Assembly: GCA_964016885.1 (NCBI GenBank)
Contig: OZ024742.1
Span: forward strand, 366,978,001-367,042,000
DNA from: Eledone cirrhosa
Taxonomy: Eukaryota
Direction of reading: 5' to 3'
DNA length: 64,000 nt
In this document: piece after piece, positions 1 to 13,152 of the stretch
Layout: each line of letters starts with the position of its first letter
Position numbering within the stretch: the first letter of the stretch is position 1
Translations under genes and position numbers: made by a program
The notes under the pieces: model-generated
The model's input: only the letters and a program-made list of their open reading frames with translations
Database searches by the model: none
What the model was told of the DNA's origin: nothing

Positions 1-1340
1 ATTAAGAATAATATTTAAGGGTTTAATAATATGTGCGATGGAAAGAAAAAGTTAATATGTATTAAGAATAATATTTAAGGTTTTAATATGTGCGATGGAA
101 AGAAAATGTTGATATGTATTATTAAAAAAACAACAGGTAATTTAAGTAAGGATATATTGTGAGATGAGCATGAATAAGTTAGATGAAAGGGAGAAAAGAA
201 TAATGAATTGAGGATGAATAATCTAACGTCAAAAAAATGTTTATGTTTACGAAGGATTTTTACAAGGTGATATAGAGTAAGAATATATTGTATTGTGTAA
301 TAATTGTTTCTATGTTAGGCAACAGTGAGAAAAGGTACAGATTAGGGGTTAGACATTAAAAGAAAAAGAGAAGAAAGGGAAGTGATAAATAGGAGCGATA
401 TAGAATGAGTAACAAGTATTATAGAATGAGTAACAAGTATTATAGAATGTATAATAAAAACTTTGAAATAAGGTAGAAAGATGGGTATATTTTTAAAGAA
501 GTGTATATATATATATGTGCCTTTGAGAAAAAGATTCTAAATTGATAAAGTTTTGGATATTAGCTGTATACTTTGTGGAATGTTTTGTGGAATTTATGCA
601 AGCAGATAGAAAACAATAGAAAACAAGTCAGTGCGTCTATTTATTATAGAATCTATATCGCTCCTATTTATCACTTCCCTTTCTTCTCTTTTTCTTTTAA
701 TGTCTAACCCCTAATCTGTACCTTTTCTCACTGTTGCCTAACATAGATTCTTTTCATCGCACATATTATTAAACCCTTCAATATACAAACCTTAACTTTA
801 CATTATTTTTCTCTTCGTTAATTTTCAAATTCTTTTAATTTATACATTATCTTCCAACGGTTTTCAACCTCTCTATGTAAAACAATATATCTTTCTCAGT
901 TATAAAAGCTATCTCTCTCTCTCTATCACCCATCTCTCCTCCTATCTCATCCTTCCTCATTATACTCATCCCTCTCCACTTTTTACTCTCATCTCCTCCT
1001 CTTTTTCATCCTTTCCACCCCGCCCCCCTCAAAATAAAATATTTTTCCCAATATCACACATCAATCTAAAACTACTTTTCATATGTTGATTTAAAACTGC
1101 ACTATCCACAAGTGTTTTTTAACCTTCATATCATGTCTTCCTGTTTTATCTGATGAAAACACAAATATTATTACATGATGATATTTGTTTTTGAACGGCG
1201 CATAATAAAATACATGGAACTCTTTTAACCATATTTTGTTCTTATATATTATGTATACTCCAGTCCCACAAACTGTAGAGTGCTTCTTATCCGATATCTG
1301 CATTGCTTTATTGTACTACAATAAAACTCACCTCCTACAT
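1..1340 (+). mobile_element. Decayed Penelope-like (Naiad-type) 3' end/pLTR with an inverted segment
   Basis: 1144-1338 aligns by eye with the reverse complement of the pLTR of the element at 58182-60717 (ataaaatacatggaactc...gtatactccagt...gagtgc..cttatc.gatat.tgca...tttattgt.ctacaata..actcacc). 310-404 is the reverse complement of 652-747. Ends in (TA)n. Confidence 0.65.
1144..1210 (+). ncRNA. Degenerate type I hammerhead ribozyme (GAAA mutated to GAAC)
   Basis: ttttat CTGATGA [aaacacaaatat...atatttgttttt] GAAC ggcgca TA ataaaa; stem I ttttat/ataaaa; homologous to the hammerhead at 58307-58372. Confidence 0.55.
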
Positions 1341-1602
1341 ATATATATCTCTCTCGTCTTTGTCACATCCTCCTTCTTCTCTACTTCAACTTCACATGAA
1401 TTCCTATAAAAACCTGAACATTCTGGTACGGTAAATATAATCTCTGATGATATGGAATCGATTGTGCATTGGATGTCGAATGTTCTACTAACTATATAAT
1501 ATTATAGATGCAGCGAGATCTAGGCAAATTGATGTCTATTGAAAGGTACGTTAGAACCGAATAAATCTCTTTTACTGCATCTTTCTGTTCTTTTTGATTC
1601 TT

Positions 1603-1655
<53 letters not shown>

Positions 1656-1739
1656 ATATATTCGGTAAAGGTAACCATAGTGAGTAAAGTTAATTTTTTT
1701 AAATTTATTTTGAAACTTTTTCTTATTTGCTAAACCTTG

Positions 1740-1992
<253 letters not shown>

Positions 1993-3324
1993 TGTTCCCG
2001 AGATGAGAATAAATGATGTAGGAGCAATTCCTTCAAGTGCCGTGTGTAAAGATAGAAGCAAAGACAGGGAGGTCAGTCAACTACATATATATATATATGT
2101 ATATATATATGTACCCATATATCTGCTTCCTTATTCATTGCCCATACCCACCATAGAACCACACTAATACAATTTGGACTAACTCGGGACTTGAAATAGG
2201 CTATTAACGCATTTCATCGCGTGTTACCACTCTCAACCTCACACCACGGGTGTGAATAAATATTAATTGTCTGGTAACAGTGGTTGGAAAAATAAATTCC
2301 CCCCTCTTTCAATAAACGAAATTACACGGAACCGCTCCTTCGTCCCGGGGCTATGCCGGGCTCGAGACTGGCCGCGCCGCCGGCATTGACCGCCAAATAG
2401 TACCGTTATTTTCTAGGCTTGGTCATAACTCTTAGCTTCTTTATGCCTCTTCCTAATAGCACTTAACTAAACCCCGCACTGTGTGATATAATAGCAACCG
2501 CTTGGTATATATATAATGGCCAGCCGGCGATGGGGGACCCCACGCTGACACAACCGACGCCTAAGACAGTTACATTCCTGGAGTGCTCGGAAAAACTAAT
2601 TTCCATTTCTTTCACTAGACGATACTTCTCGGAACAGCTTGGCACGTGGGAGGGGTGGCTAGCGCGGGGCTCGCAGTCGTCGCTGGTTATTGACTGCTAG
2701 CACGGGCATATTTATACTATATATACTACCCTGACAATTTATCGTGACTATATATATCACACCTAAACTTCTTCATAAAAGCCTCCTTGTGTTAATTGTC
2801 ACCTTCTCTCTATATCAATTACACACTCTCTATTTCTCACTCTCTCTGTCAGTCTCTCTGTTTTTTATGCTCCTACACTCTCTCTCTGTTTCACTCTCTC
2901 TGTCACTTTCTATCTCTCTTTCATTCACACACACTCTCTCCCTTTTTAATCTCTATGTCTGTTTCTCCTTGTAAAAACATATTTCGCGGCAATATCGAAC
3001 ATGCCTGACCAGCCTGATTGACGCGTGACGTCAGCGCTGACATTTCCATCTGACGGGATGATAGTAGTACATTAAAGGCTTGCGCCCCCACACTAGAAGG
3101 TAGAATCTTGACCCAATTATCAGCACTCGAGGGCGGTCGACGTAGCTACAAGCTGCTAAAATCCGGCCGCCCTCTTGTCTCTGAATTTTTATCTGCTATA
3201 TTCCTTCGTTATATTTTGAATTACCTGATAATCTCACCGGATTCATACTTAACCCGGTGATTGAAATGATCATAGATTAATAAACCTTTCAAGAATTTAC
3301 ACCAGAACATGCCTCTTGTTATTT

Positions 3325-3380
<56 letters not shown>

Positions 3381-3381
<1 letters not shown>

Positions 3382-4241
3382 GAGGTGTGTCAGAAAAGTT
3401 CCAGGACTGATATCACAAGAGATTTATTTCAAACCCAAACTTTACACTAAGAGTTTTCTCCTTCAAAGTAAACTCCCAGGAGTATGTAACTGTAATCTTA
3501 GCTTTCTGCAGCGATCAAACCTTTTTCTTCATAATTGTATATACATGACCTCTGTTTCAGGTCGTCAAGCAATGAGCACAGAGCAACGAACAAATATGAA
3601 GTTTCTGGTACGGTTGGGGAAAACTCTGAGATTACTGCAGCAAGTGTATGGAGATGAGACGATGTCACGCTCACGTGTTTTTGAGTGGTTCAAAATGACC
3701 CCAGGAGCGGAAGGCCCTCAACAACCAGGACTGAGGTCAACGTTGAGCGAGTCAGGCAGATGGTGCGTAGCGATCGTCGGCTGACTGTTCGACTGATGGC
3801 AAATGAGCTGGCCATGAATCGGGACAGCGTCTGGAAGATTCTCACTGAAGATTTGGACATGCGGAAAGTCTGCGCGAAGATGGTGCCAAAACTGCTCAAC
3901 GATGACCAGAAGGGTCGATGTATGCAAGTATGCCAAGACGTCCTCGAGTGTCTTGAAACCGAACCAGACTTGCTAGGGACAGTCATCACCGGTGATGAGT
4001 CATGGATCTTCGAGTACGACCCGGAGGGGACCCGTTTTGAAGACGTGGACGACATCAAAAAGGCCGTGACGTCGGAACTGCGGAGGATCCCTGAAGAATC
4101 CTTCCAGGAGTGCATGCAAGCGTGGCAGAAAAGTATGGGAAAGTACATTAGACTGCAGGGGGATTACTTTGAAGGAGAAAACTCTTAGTGTGAAGTTTGG
4201 GTTTGAAATAAATCTTTTGTGACATCAGTCCTGGAACTTTT
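3381..4241 (+). mobile_element. Internally deleted mariner (Tc1/mariner) DNA transposon
   Basis: TA precedes cgaggtgtgtcagaaaagttcc. Inverted repeats about 3394-3470 and 4163-4241, with the outer tip of the right one lost. Transposase remnants lie inside. Confidence 0.9.
3572..4188 (+). pseudogene. Mariner transposase pseudogene (frameshift plus deletion of most of the DDD domain)
   Basis: Motifs EQRTNMKF, MSRSRVFEWFK, PRSGRPST, KVCAKMVPKLL and ITGDESWIFEYDPE, which joins directly to the C-terminal GTRFEDVDDIK...GDYFEG. Confidence 0.9.
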
Positions 4242-4249
4242 ATATATGT

Positions 4250-4583
4250 ATTAGAAAGAACTCGTATATATGTATTAGAAAGTGAGGTTTTTTACAAAAT
4301 GAAAAAAAAAAAACGAGGTGTCCTACACGAGTGAAAAAAGGGTTTGTGGTTTTTCTCACATCTGGTTGGTGTTTGAATGTTACCTCTGTTTGATATGGAA
4401 AAAGGTGGCTCGAAATGCTAGGTTTCTAGAGAAGTAATTTGGTTGGTTGGTGAAGAAAAACCACAAACCCTCCATCTAAATTCTACTTTTGAAAAGTACA
4501 AGAACTGCGAAACTGGTAAAGCAACCAAATAAATATATTTAAAAAAAAAGACTCCAGTTGCATTTTCGACTTCATCTTTTTTA

Positions 4584-4586
<3 letters not shown>
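4250..4586. mobile_element. Short TA-flanked repeat related to 54658-54835 (probable pLTR remnant)
   Basis: Shares tattagaaagtgag...cgaggtgtcctacacgagtgaaa and aagactccagttgcattttcga with 54658-54835. Confidence 0.55.
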
Positions 4587-4614
<28 letters not shown>

Positions 4615-4620
<6 letters not shown>

Positions 4621-4869
4621 ATACTTTGGGAGGGTCATGTTGCCAATAAGAAACACACGCACCAGTTGCTTTCACTTCAATTTATTATAATACATTTATA
4701 AATTTATAAATTTAGAAATTTCCGGTTGGTTGGTTGGTTCCACAACCAGATGATGGTTCATATATTGTCAAAGTTCTTTCGTCACACATTCTGTCTCCCC
4801 AAATATAACAATATCGGTTTCAACACACGTTTTCAGATAAAGAATCTTGCTAAACAAATTCAGAAACGA
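4615..4869 (-). mobile_element. Truncated, partly inverted pLTR of the Penelope family at 39425-43223
   Basis: 4615-4790 matches the reverse complement of 43030-43223 and stops inside hammerhead stem II. 4795-4869 is the pLTR tip in the opposite orientation. (TA)n on both sides. Confidence 0.85.
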
Positions 4870-4882
4870 TATATATATATAT

Positions 4883-5745
4883 ATCAGGAAAGAAGAGTGA
4901 CACGGTTTGCTATACAAAAGAGGTTTTTAATCTCGTTGCTGCATTGCTGACAATTGTTTCTCTGAACTGGTAGGTCTAGAGATCGCTACCCGCTTGTTTT
5001 CGCGTCATTCATCTAATATAGACCACATAAATATTGAACTCACCTCACACCACAAATATTACTATCCTCACTACAATGATAAATATTTCATCTGTCAGAT
5101 AATAAATAATTCTTACTGTCACCAGACCTACAGTAAAGGAAATGGTACATTGTTTAAAGCCACCGGCTTATCTCTACACTATATATAATACACCCGATGA
5201 CAGCTTTTACATGTCAGTTTCATACATCTGCCTCGTGTTAGCTAGTTTTAAACGCTAAAGTCGTAGATATACTATGTTTCTTACTTAGATTGATGTTGTG
5301 ATTATTTCAAATAATTTATTGCTAGCATTGTTAGTATTGTTGTAATTGTTCTGATTGAATGCCATTACTATATATAGAAGCCATGCCTGTGTATTCCTTT
5401 CATTCTCACAAGCTCTGATGAATTGACTGGTTACAACTATATATTGGTGATCGAATGACGTGAAAACAAGCGGGTAGCGCTCACTAGACCTACCAGTTCA
5501 GAGAAACAATTGTCAGCAATGAGATTAAAAACCTTTTTTGTATAGCAAACCGTGTCACTCTTCTTTCCTGATTTATTATTACTCCAAGTGTCAACAACAT
5601 AGAAATTACCGCGTACTCGCAGCATCACTATGGAAACGCCTTGTTGAGTCAAACTTAGCCAAGCGTTGATATCATCCACTACTCGGAGTACCCTAACTGG
5701 ACTACACCTAAGTGGACTACCTATAACAATAATCTGTTATCCCGT
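4883..5745 (+). mobile_element. TA-flanked insertion with inverted arms (4883-5010 / 5453-5572), Penelope pLTR-like
   Basis: The arms are reverse complements. Contains the hammerhead at 5404-5524. Confidence 0.7.
5404..5524 (+). ncRNA. Type I hammerhead ribozyme with about 81-nt stem II domain
   Basis: tctca-caa-gct CTGATGA(5415) ..actggt...accagt.. GAAA(5503) CAATTG TC agc-aa-tgaga; palindromic stem III; GUC site. Confidence 0.6.
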
Positions 5746-5762
5746 ATATATATATATATATA

Positions 5763-6055
5763 TTGGAAAATGTGTGATATCCATGGTACAGTTAGGTATA
5801 TTTGAAAAAAAAGGAAAATAATGACTTCACTTGTAGTTCTAAATAATTTGATTGGTCATTGTCAAACTGATCTCAGTTTGACAATCGCCACCGATGAATG
5901 CGAGAAAGTTCTCCAAGAAAGTTAACCAGGAATCTTTTAAATTCCTCCCACCGGAGTTAACAAATAACTTACTAGATCTACCAACTCATAATATTATAAT
6001 ATTATAAAATTAAATCAAATTAGTTACAACTACAAGTGAAGTCATTCTTTTCCTT

Positions 6056-6062
<7 letters not shown>
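5763..6062. mobile_element. TA-flanked fold-back repeat, same family as 15450-15597
   Basis: Starts ttggaaaatgtgtg...tggtacagttaggtatatt. aaaaggaaaataatgacttcacttgtagtt is mirrored at 6028-6060. Confidence 0.6.
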
Positions 6063-6132
<70 letters not shown>

Positions 6133-6983
6133 GTATATATATAATGTATAGGGAATGCAGCGCCCAGTTACTGTAGGTTCACCAGAGTCGGGCTAGATCG
6201 ATACAGATCAAATCTTGAGCTGATCAATAACGAAACGTGCGTCACTACTCAATAAACGTAATGAAGGCATAAAAAATCGTCATTTTTATTACTATTATAT
6301 ATATGTGTGTGTGTGTATGTGTGTGTGTATATATATATATGTGTGTGTATGTATATATATACGTATGTGTGTATGTGTGTGCATTAGTAAATCAGTTTGT
6401 TTCCTTTCATAGCTAAAGGTTTTTTGCGTACTTATTACTTAGTGCGGAATACATTTACATCATACATCTATTAAGACATGTATATATGTATATATGAAGA
6501 TATGTATATATGTGTTTGCACGCGTGTGTATATGTCTAAACGTATGCATTCATGTATGATGTTTATGGACACTTATATGAATCTACAAACCTACACACAC
6601 ACACATACACATGTATATATATACATATACACACACACTCACACATAAACACATACATAACATATTTATCTATCACATACAGTCAGTCCGGTCATCCGAC
6701 TCATGAGAAATATACATAAAATATAGTTGAAATATCTTTCAACCAAATACATAGATAGTTTTTAATTAAATAAATACAAATATATTAGACTGTTTTATAT
6801 TTATGTATATATATAAATATATATATACGTGTGTGTGTGTATGTATGTATGTGTATATATATATATATATATATGTATATATTTATATATTTATATATGC
6901 ATATATATATATACATATATAAATATATACATATATATATATGTATATATCTATATCTATATATCTATATATCTATATATATA

Positions 6984-7031
<48 letters not shown>

Positions 7032-7219
7032 CATACATACACACACACACGTATATATATATGACCCTCCCAGAGTATAACAATATATATATATATATAT
7101 ATATTTAAATATATACATTGTATATTATATTTATATATATGCATATATAAATATATATATATATATATTGTATGTTATTTTAATGCTATATATATTGTAT
7201 ATTATATTTATATACACAC

Positions 7220-7260
<41 letters not shown>

Positions 7261-8149
7261 ATGTTATTTTAATACTATATTTATGTGTATATTTCTGTAT
7301 ATATATATACATTATATTTAAGTAGATATTATTGAGGTAATATTTTAAAACTTGTTGACTGTTTTCCTGCTTTTTTCTGTGTTTGTGTTTGTGTATAAAC
7401 ATCTGTTTGGCAAGTGGAATAAATGTTAGACCAGTCCAAGTGGAAATAACAGAAAACTTTCACTTGGCCCTCCTATCTAACATCACTGAGTGCAGAACAA
7501 TTATCATATGTACACACACACATACATACACACACACATACACACACACACACATATATAGACACATATATACACACTGTTTCATGCTTGTTCACACAGT
7601 CTAACTAGAAACCCACAGAGTATCACAGGTTTGTTCACACGAACTCAAACATACTTCTTTCCTCCCATACACATTACGGTTGGACAACCAGAAAGTTGGT
7701 CTCACATAAATACATATAGACACCATGCACACACACACACACACGCACACACACACATACACACACAATAGCTGTCATACACCCACAGTGAAGGTACAAC
7801 GTTTATAGTTTAAATTTTTGGCTGATGATCGTAACATGGTGAGTTCGATTCAAGGACCGAGATCCGAGTTGTGTCCTTGAACGGGTCACTATATTTCATG
7901 TTGCTCTCGTCTACTGAAAACATCAGTTGTAAATCCACTAGTTCCACATCCTATCAGTCATTGCCTTACATATCATCGTTCGAGACAATGGTTATCATGG
8001 GAGTCTGTTGATCTTCTACCGAACACCTCACCCAGGCTTGGGCCTTGTGTCACACCTATGCAGGTTTAGCTGGCCTCCTCCAAGGTATATCTCGCTGGAG
8101 GTGTCTTGGGTAATTTTAATGATACGGACCCCCACTCCCTATCATCTCA

Positions 8150-8283
8150 TTTCTACAGCTGAGTAAACTGGAGCAACGTGAAATAAAGTGTCTTGTTTAA
8201 GGAATCAACACATCACCCGGTCCGAGAATTGAACTCACAACCTTTCGATTGCAAGGCCAATGCTCTAACCACTAAGCCATGGC
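8150..8283 (-). mobile_element. tRNA-type SINE, family 2 (other copies about 7800-7915+, 47275-47392-, 50905-51010+, 51825-52100+, 52580-52685+, 55165-55280-)
   Basis: Shared core ggagcaacgtgaaataaagtgtcttg..aagga...ccggtccg.gaat.gaactcac, with B-box-like GTTCRA on the sense strand. Confidence 0.75.
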
Positions 8284-8493
8284 CTTGGTGAAATTATAAT
8301 TCTTTGTCACAAATTGTGAATCCGTTTCTAAAGTAAGAATCATCCAAAATATGACAGAGTATTCTGATCTCTCTCTCTCTTAAGGTTCAGTTCACCTCAT
8401 GGTCCCGGGGGACAATATTCGCCAAAGTTATTCAATGGTCAGTCATTACTAAATGGAGACCTTTATAATACATTATATAAATTACTTACATAA

Positions 8494-8682
8494 GGTGGAT
8501 TGGCTTTAATCGGTGGAGCGTCAGACAGCATGCTTTGTGTCATATAGTTATGTAACTTTACGTTCTGAATCTAAATCTGGCTGAAGATAGCTTTACCTTT
8601 AATTTTACGGAGTCGATAAAATAAAGTACCAGTAATGTACTGGGGTCGATTTAATCGACATTTCCTCTCCCAAAATTCCGGT
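8494..8682 (+). mobile_element. tRNA-type SINE, family 1
   Basis: ggtggattggc...ctttaccttt...gtcgataaaataaagtaccagtaatgtactggggtcgatttaatcgac; about 10 copies in the window. Confidence 0.8.
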
Positions 8683-9278
8683 TAAATCAAAAGGTATTTA
8701 ATTACATTCCTATACAGCTAGAAGTTTCTAAGGTACTATAAACTGTATCATTGCTCTAAGTACTTAATTATAAAGTAATTAACATGTTTAGTAGACCCGT
8801 GATGAAGAACACCATACATCTGTCTACACTTTTGATTCTGGACCTTATCATAATATGGAGACAACAGATAAATATGTAGGCCTTATAAGGCCTGTGGTTT
8901 CATCTGAGCTTACGTGGTGTGGCGTTCGAAAGAGCCCACTATGAAGACATTGTGCTTTCGCACGTTTGAACACTTTTCTACTCTGTACAGATCCTTGCTT
9001 TGCCCAGTCTGGGGATACATGTAAACAATATATACTGGTATATATACATACGCACACACACACGTAGGTCCCAAAATGAATCAGGGGTAACCACAGTAAA
9101 TAATGTAATCAACAAGTGTGTACAGTGAAGAAGGTGGGTTGTATAGAAAAGGCTTCTACAGGAATAGTACGGTTTCATTCGTATGAAATCATGCATTCCT
9201 GATAATTCCATACGAATGACAGTACAAGTTCTATAGAAACCTTTTCTATATAATCTTATATATATATATATATATATA

Positions 9279-9439
9279 AGAAAAGATTCAGGACACCGAA
9301 GGCTGAGCTCCGGCCATTTCGACAGCTAGATCCTATCCTAACATTCGAAGTTCTGAAACTTTCCATATTACCCACTCTACTACCCCGAGTAGCCAGTACT
9401 CTGGTGGGTTATGGTCTACCTGGTTTCTACCACACACTA

Positions 9440-9444
<5 letters not shown>
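9279..9444. mobile_element. Short fold-back TA-flanked element (family with 20403, 46276, 54408)
   Basis: Shares acccactctactaccc...agtactctggtg.gttatggtc.a.ctggtt.ctaccaca and the ggctgagct/agctcagcc segment. Confidence 0.7.
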
Positions 9445-9502
<58 letters not shown>

Positions 9503-9840
9503 TATATACAGATAAATCTACCACTCAATGGTAGGGTCTAAACCACATAAAGAACTCAATGTAATCCGTATGTAGAAGATGTCGTGAAGCAAAGTTTAAA
9601 ATACAAAAAATTTTATCAACGATATAAATCAATTGGATACAGAGTCAAAATAGAAATATTAAAACAATGAAATTAAACACAAAACTGTTAATTCATAGTA
9701 AAACTCATTATTTTACGATCGTTTCTGGGGGGTAGTTCCCTGTATGTTCATTCAATTATTGATCTATGTAAAACATATTACAAAATATCATAGTAAGAAA
9801 AAGATACACACGTCTTCACTACCCGCCGTCTTCAGAAATA

Positions 9841-9999
9841 ATTGTTTCTACTTTAGGCACAAGGCCAGCAATTACCCAGTACATTACTGGTACTTTATTT
9901 TATCGACCGCGTAAGGATGAAAGGCAAAGTTAACCTCGGCGGGATTTGAACGCAGATCGTAAAGGGACGTAACTATGCTGCAAAGCATGGCGTCCGACT
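9841..9999 (-). mobile_element. SINE family 1 nested in the left arm of the palindrome
   Basis: ttgtttctactttaggcacaagg...aaggcaaagttaacctcggcgggatttgaac; absent from the mirror arm. Confidence 0.9.
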
Positions 10000-10217
10000 A
10001 ATGAGTTTTGTTTATTGAAGAAGACAAAAAAACCCCATACATATGAATAAGTAAGGTTTTATAACCAGGTTGAAATTGACCAATGTTAAGAATGGAAAGG
10101 GGCAGTATAAATCCTTAAGCCCCTTCCCATTCTTAACATTGGTCAATTTCAACCTGGTTATAAAACCTTACTTATTCATATGTATGTTTTTTTTTGTATT
10201 CTTCAATAAACAAAACT

Positions 10218-10357
10218 CATTATTTCTGAAGACGGCGGGTAGTGAAGACGTATGTGTATTTTTCTTACTATGATATTGTGTAATATGTTTTACATAGATC
10301 AATAATTGAATGAACATACAGGGAACTCCCCCCCCCCGAAACGATCGTAAAATAATG
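10218..10357 (+). ncRNA. Type I hammerhead ribozyme with about 105-nt stem II domain
   Basis: cattattt CTGAAGA(10226) cggcgggtag...ccccccc GAAA(10338) CGATCG TA aaataatg; perfect 8-bp stem I; palindromic stem III; GUA site. Confidence 0.7.
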
Positions 10358-10812
10358 TGTTTTACTATGAATTAACAGTTTTGTGTTTAATTTCATTGTT
10401 TTAATATTTCTCTCTCTCTCTATATATATATATATATAAACTCTTATTATGGTTATATTTCCTACATATGTTATCTATACATACTCAACCAATCACCACA
10501 TATCCAAATATATGTTTTACCTCTACATAAACAATGAAAAAAGACCAACATCCCCCATCATACCACCACACCACCACCATCTAACTTACGGCAACAGCTC
10601 AGAACAAACACGAACTCTGTATTTGATAGTGAAACATTCGTGTAAAGTCAACATAAGATCGGGAAATCACAAGTTATTTTACAAGAATTAACTCATCTAT
10701 AATAGTATTCTCTATGTTTTCTTTAACGCTAAATATTGCGTTTGACAATCTTTTTTCTTGTTGATTTATGTACTATATATAGGGGGCGTATGTATACACA
10801 CATATATATGTA

Positions 10813-10866
<54 letters not shown>

Positions 10867-11473
10867 TATATATATCTCCTTATTATTTATGTTTTTGTTA
10901 ATATTTGGTTATACATATTTTACACACCAGTGTCTTCAGTTCTTGAGGCAGCTGTCTTTAATAGAAAATGCTGTTTTCAGAGAATATCCATATAAATTCT
11001 CGTCCCAACCTCTCCCCAAACCACAGATCATGTTTAGATGTTAAGTCATATTTTATATTTTTTCTTGGTGATGACGATAATGGTTAAGTTAGTTGGCTGG
11101 ATATACCTTTTCTTTGAAACAAAATAAATCAAACGTTTTACTTTTTTTATTTCTTCTGTATTAATAAATAATTTGGAATTCTAGAAAATAAAATGAGAAA
11201 CGTATTCTTTCAATGCCATGACATGTTAGCAAATTTAGCATCGAAAAAACCTGGAATAGAACTAACGCAAACACGAATATTGGTAAAATATTAGGGACTG
11301 ACAAAAGCAAAATTTTTCGTTCATTTAAGCATAAATTTGACTTACGCAGGCACACACAACCACACACATGCACATACACATATTTATATTATATATGTTA
11401 ATATTCAACACATAATCACACACCCACACATATGTGTTTGTGTGTGTGCGTAGTAAATATATCAACATTATAT

Positions 11474-11656
11474 GTGGATTGGCAGTATCGGTAGAGGGTC
11501 GGGCGCCATGCTTTCCAGCATAGTTACGTCCCTTTACGATCTGAGTTCAAATCCCGCCGAGGTTGACTTTGCCTTTCATCCTTACGGGGTCGATAAAATA
11601 AAGTACCAGTAATGCACTGGGTAATTGCTGGCCTTGTGCCTAAAGCAGAAACAATT
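11474..11656 (+). mobile_element. SINE family 1
   Basis: tggcagtatcggtagag (A-box-like), gagttcaaatccc (B-box-like), family body and tail ggccttgtgcctaaagcagaaac. Confidence 0.85.
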
Positions 11657-11733
11657 ATATATATATATATACATGCAAGTGTGTGTGTAAATTATATATA
11701 TTGTATATATTTATTTCATGTATATTATAATTT

Positions 11734-11807
<74 letters not shown>

Positions 11808-13107
11808 CATATTTGCGAAAGCCATATGTAGATATTCATAATTCCTTTTATTCATAATCAATCCGAATACATATTTTTGTGACGTTCATGATTATATGAT
11901 GGATGCTGTGATTACACAACCACCAACACGACTTCATCAGACAACATCTTAAGTGATAAAGTTATTTGATATTTCTAATGCAATACCTGCTAATGTAAGT
12001 GTTGGATGTTTTCTGTATCAATGTTCGTCCATTTATGAATTCAAATTCCACTTAACATTTGCTCTCAGAAGTGGAAGTTGGAATTGCTTTATCCCCATCT
12101 CCCCTACCCTCTGTATTTCGTTTACAATTATCAGGACAGGCCGACTAGTGATATATCAATGTCCTTCGCTCTCCATAGTTGGAGATATATTTCAACTGTG
12201 ATATGACGGTCAGTTTTCTACTCAACTTAAAATAAGCAAACGTCAATACTCATCCTTTTCAATTTCTTAAAGGGTTCCAAACTCCACTATCAAAAATACA
12301 GCTTCTATTTCTGTTTTCTAACATAAAATGTTATCTTATCTACTGGAGTCTTAAGGAGTAACAACCACCAACATCACTGATGTCACCAGTCCACCTATAT
12401 TAAAAATCTAGTGCTGGTATACACCATATCTACCACATCTACTGTGGTCTGACAACACAAGTCATATTAATCCACTGACCGCAATTACATATATTGATTT
12501 GGAAAGTAAATAAATAATTTAATAAATTAATGGATTACGGCTAAGAAATTTTAGATTTTAAATGTGGATTATGTCGTGTTTAATTATATAAAGTATAAGA
12601 CATATGTAATATATATATATATATATATATATTGAATATTATAAATATAATATATAATATATATAACAATAGGACGATATACAACGAAAGAGAGTATTAA
12701 TAAAGCGGATCATTTTCTCGATTGTATGGATCTGTATTGATATATATATATATTGATATGTGTATATATCTATATCTATATATATATAAAATAAATGTAT
12801 ATACATGCATATATATATGCACATATATACATGTGTATGTGTATGAAATTAGGTCTTGTATGCATACAAATGCATAAACAATCCTACTCAAATACTGAAC
12901 AAACACCAACACCTGACCACCCTACACCACCCTAGCACCCCTACACCGCCATATACACCACCATACACACCGCCATATACACCTCACATATTTTCTCTAT
13001 TATATACCAATAACAGTTCATGCGACACTTGCAATATATGAACAAAAAATCCAGTTGAAATGTCTGCCAGGCAAATACATAGAAATGCTTTAAACTAATA
13101 CAGATAT

Positions 13108-13152
<45 letters not shown>

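Larger units (their letters stand above)
9510..10411. mobile_element. Palindromic pLTR-like insertion (arms 9652-10103 and 10119-10411)
   Basis: The arms are near-perfect reverse complements once the SINE at 9841-9999 is removed. Each arm has a hammerhead. Microsatellites flank both sides. Confidence 0.85.

Noticed and set aside
1444-1550. CTGATGA followed by a distant GAAA
   Set aside because: No stem I or stem III pairing found.
11877-11945. Possible hammerhead on minus (ttgt CTGATGA...GAACGTC acaa)
   Set aside because: Core and stem III are incomplete; not supportable as a feature.
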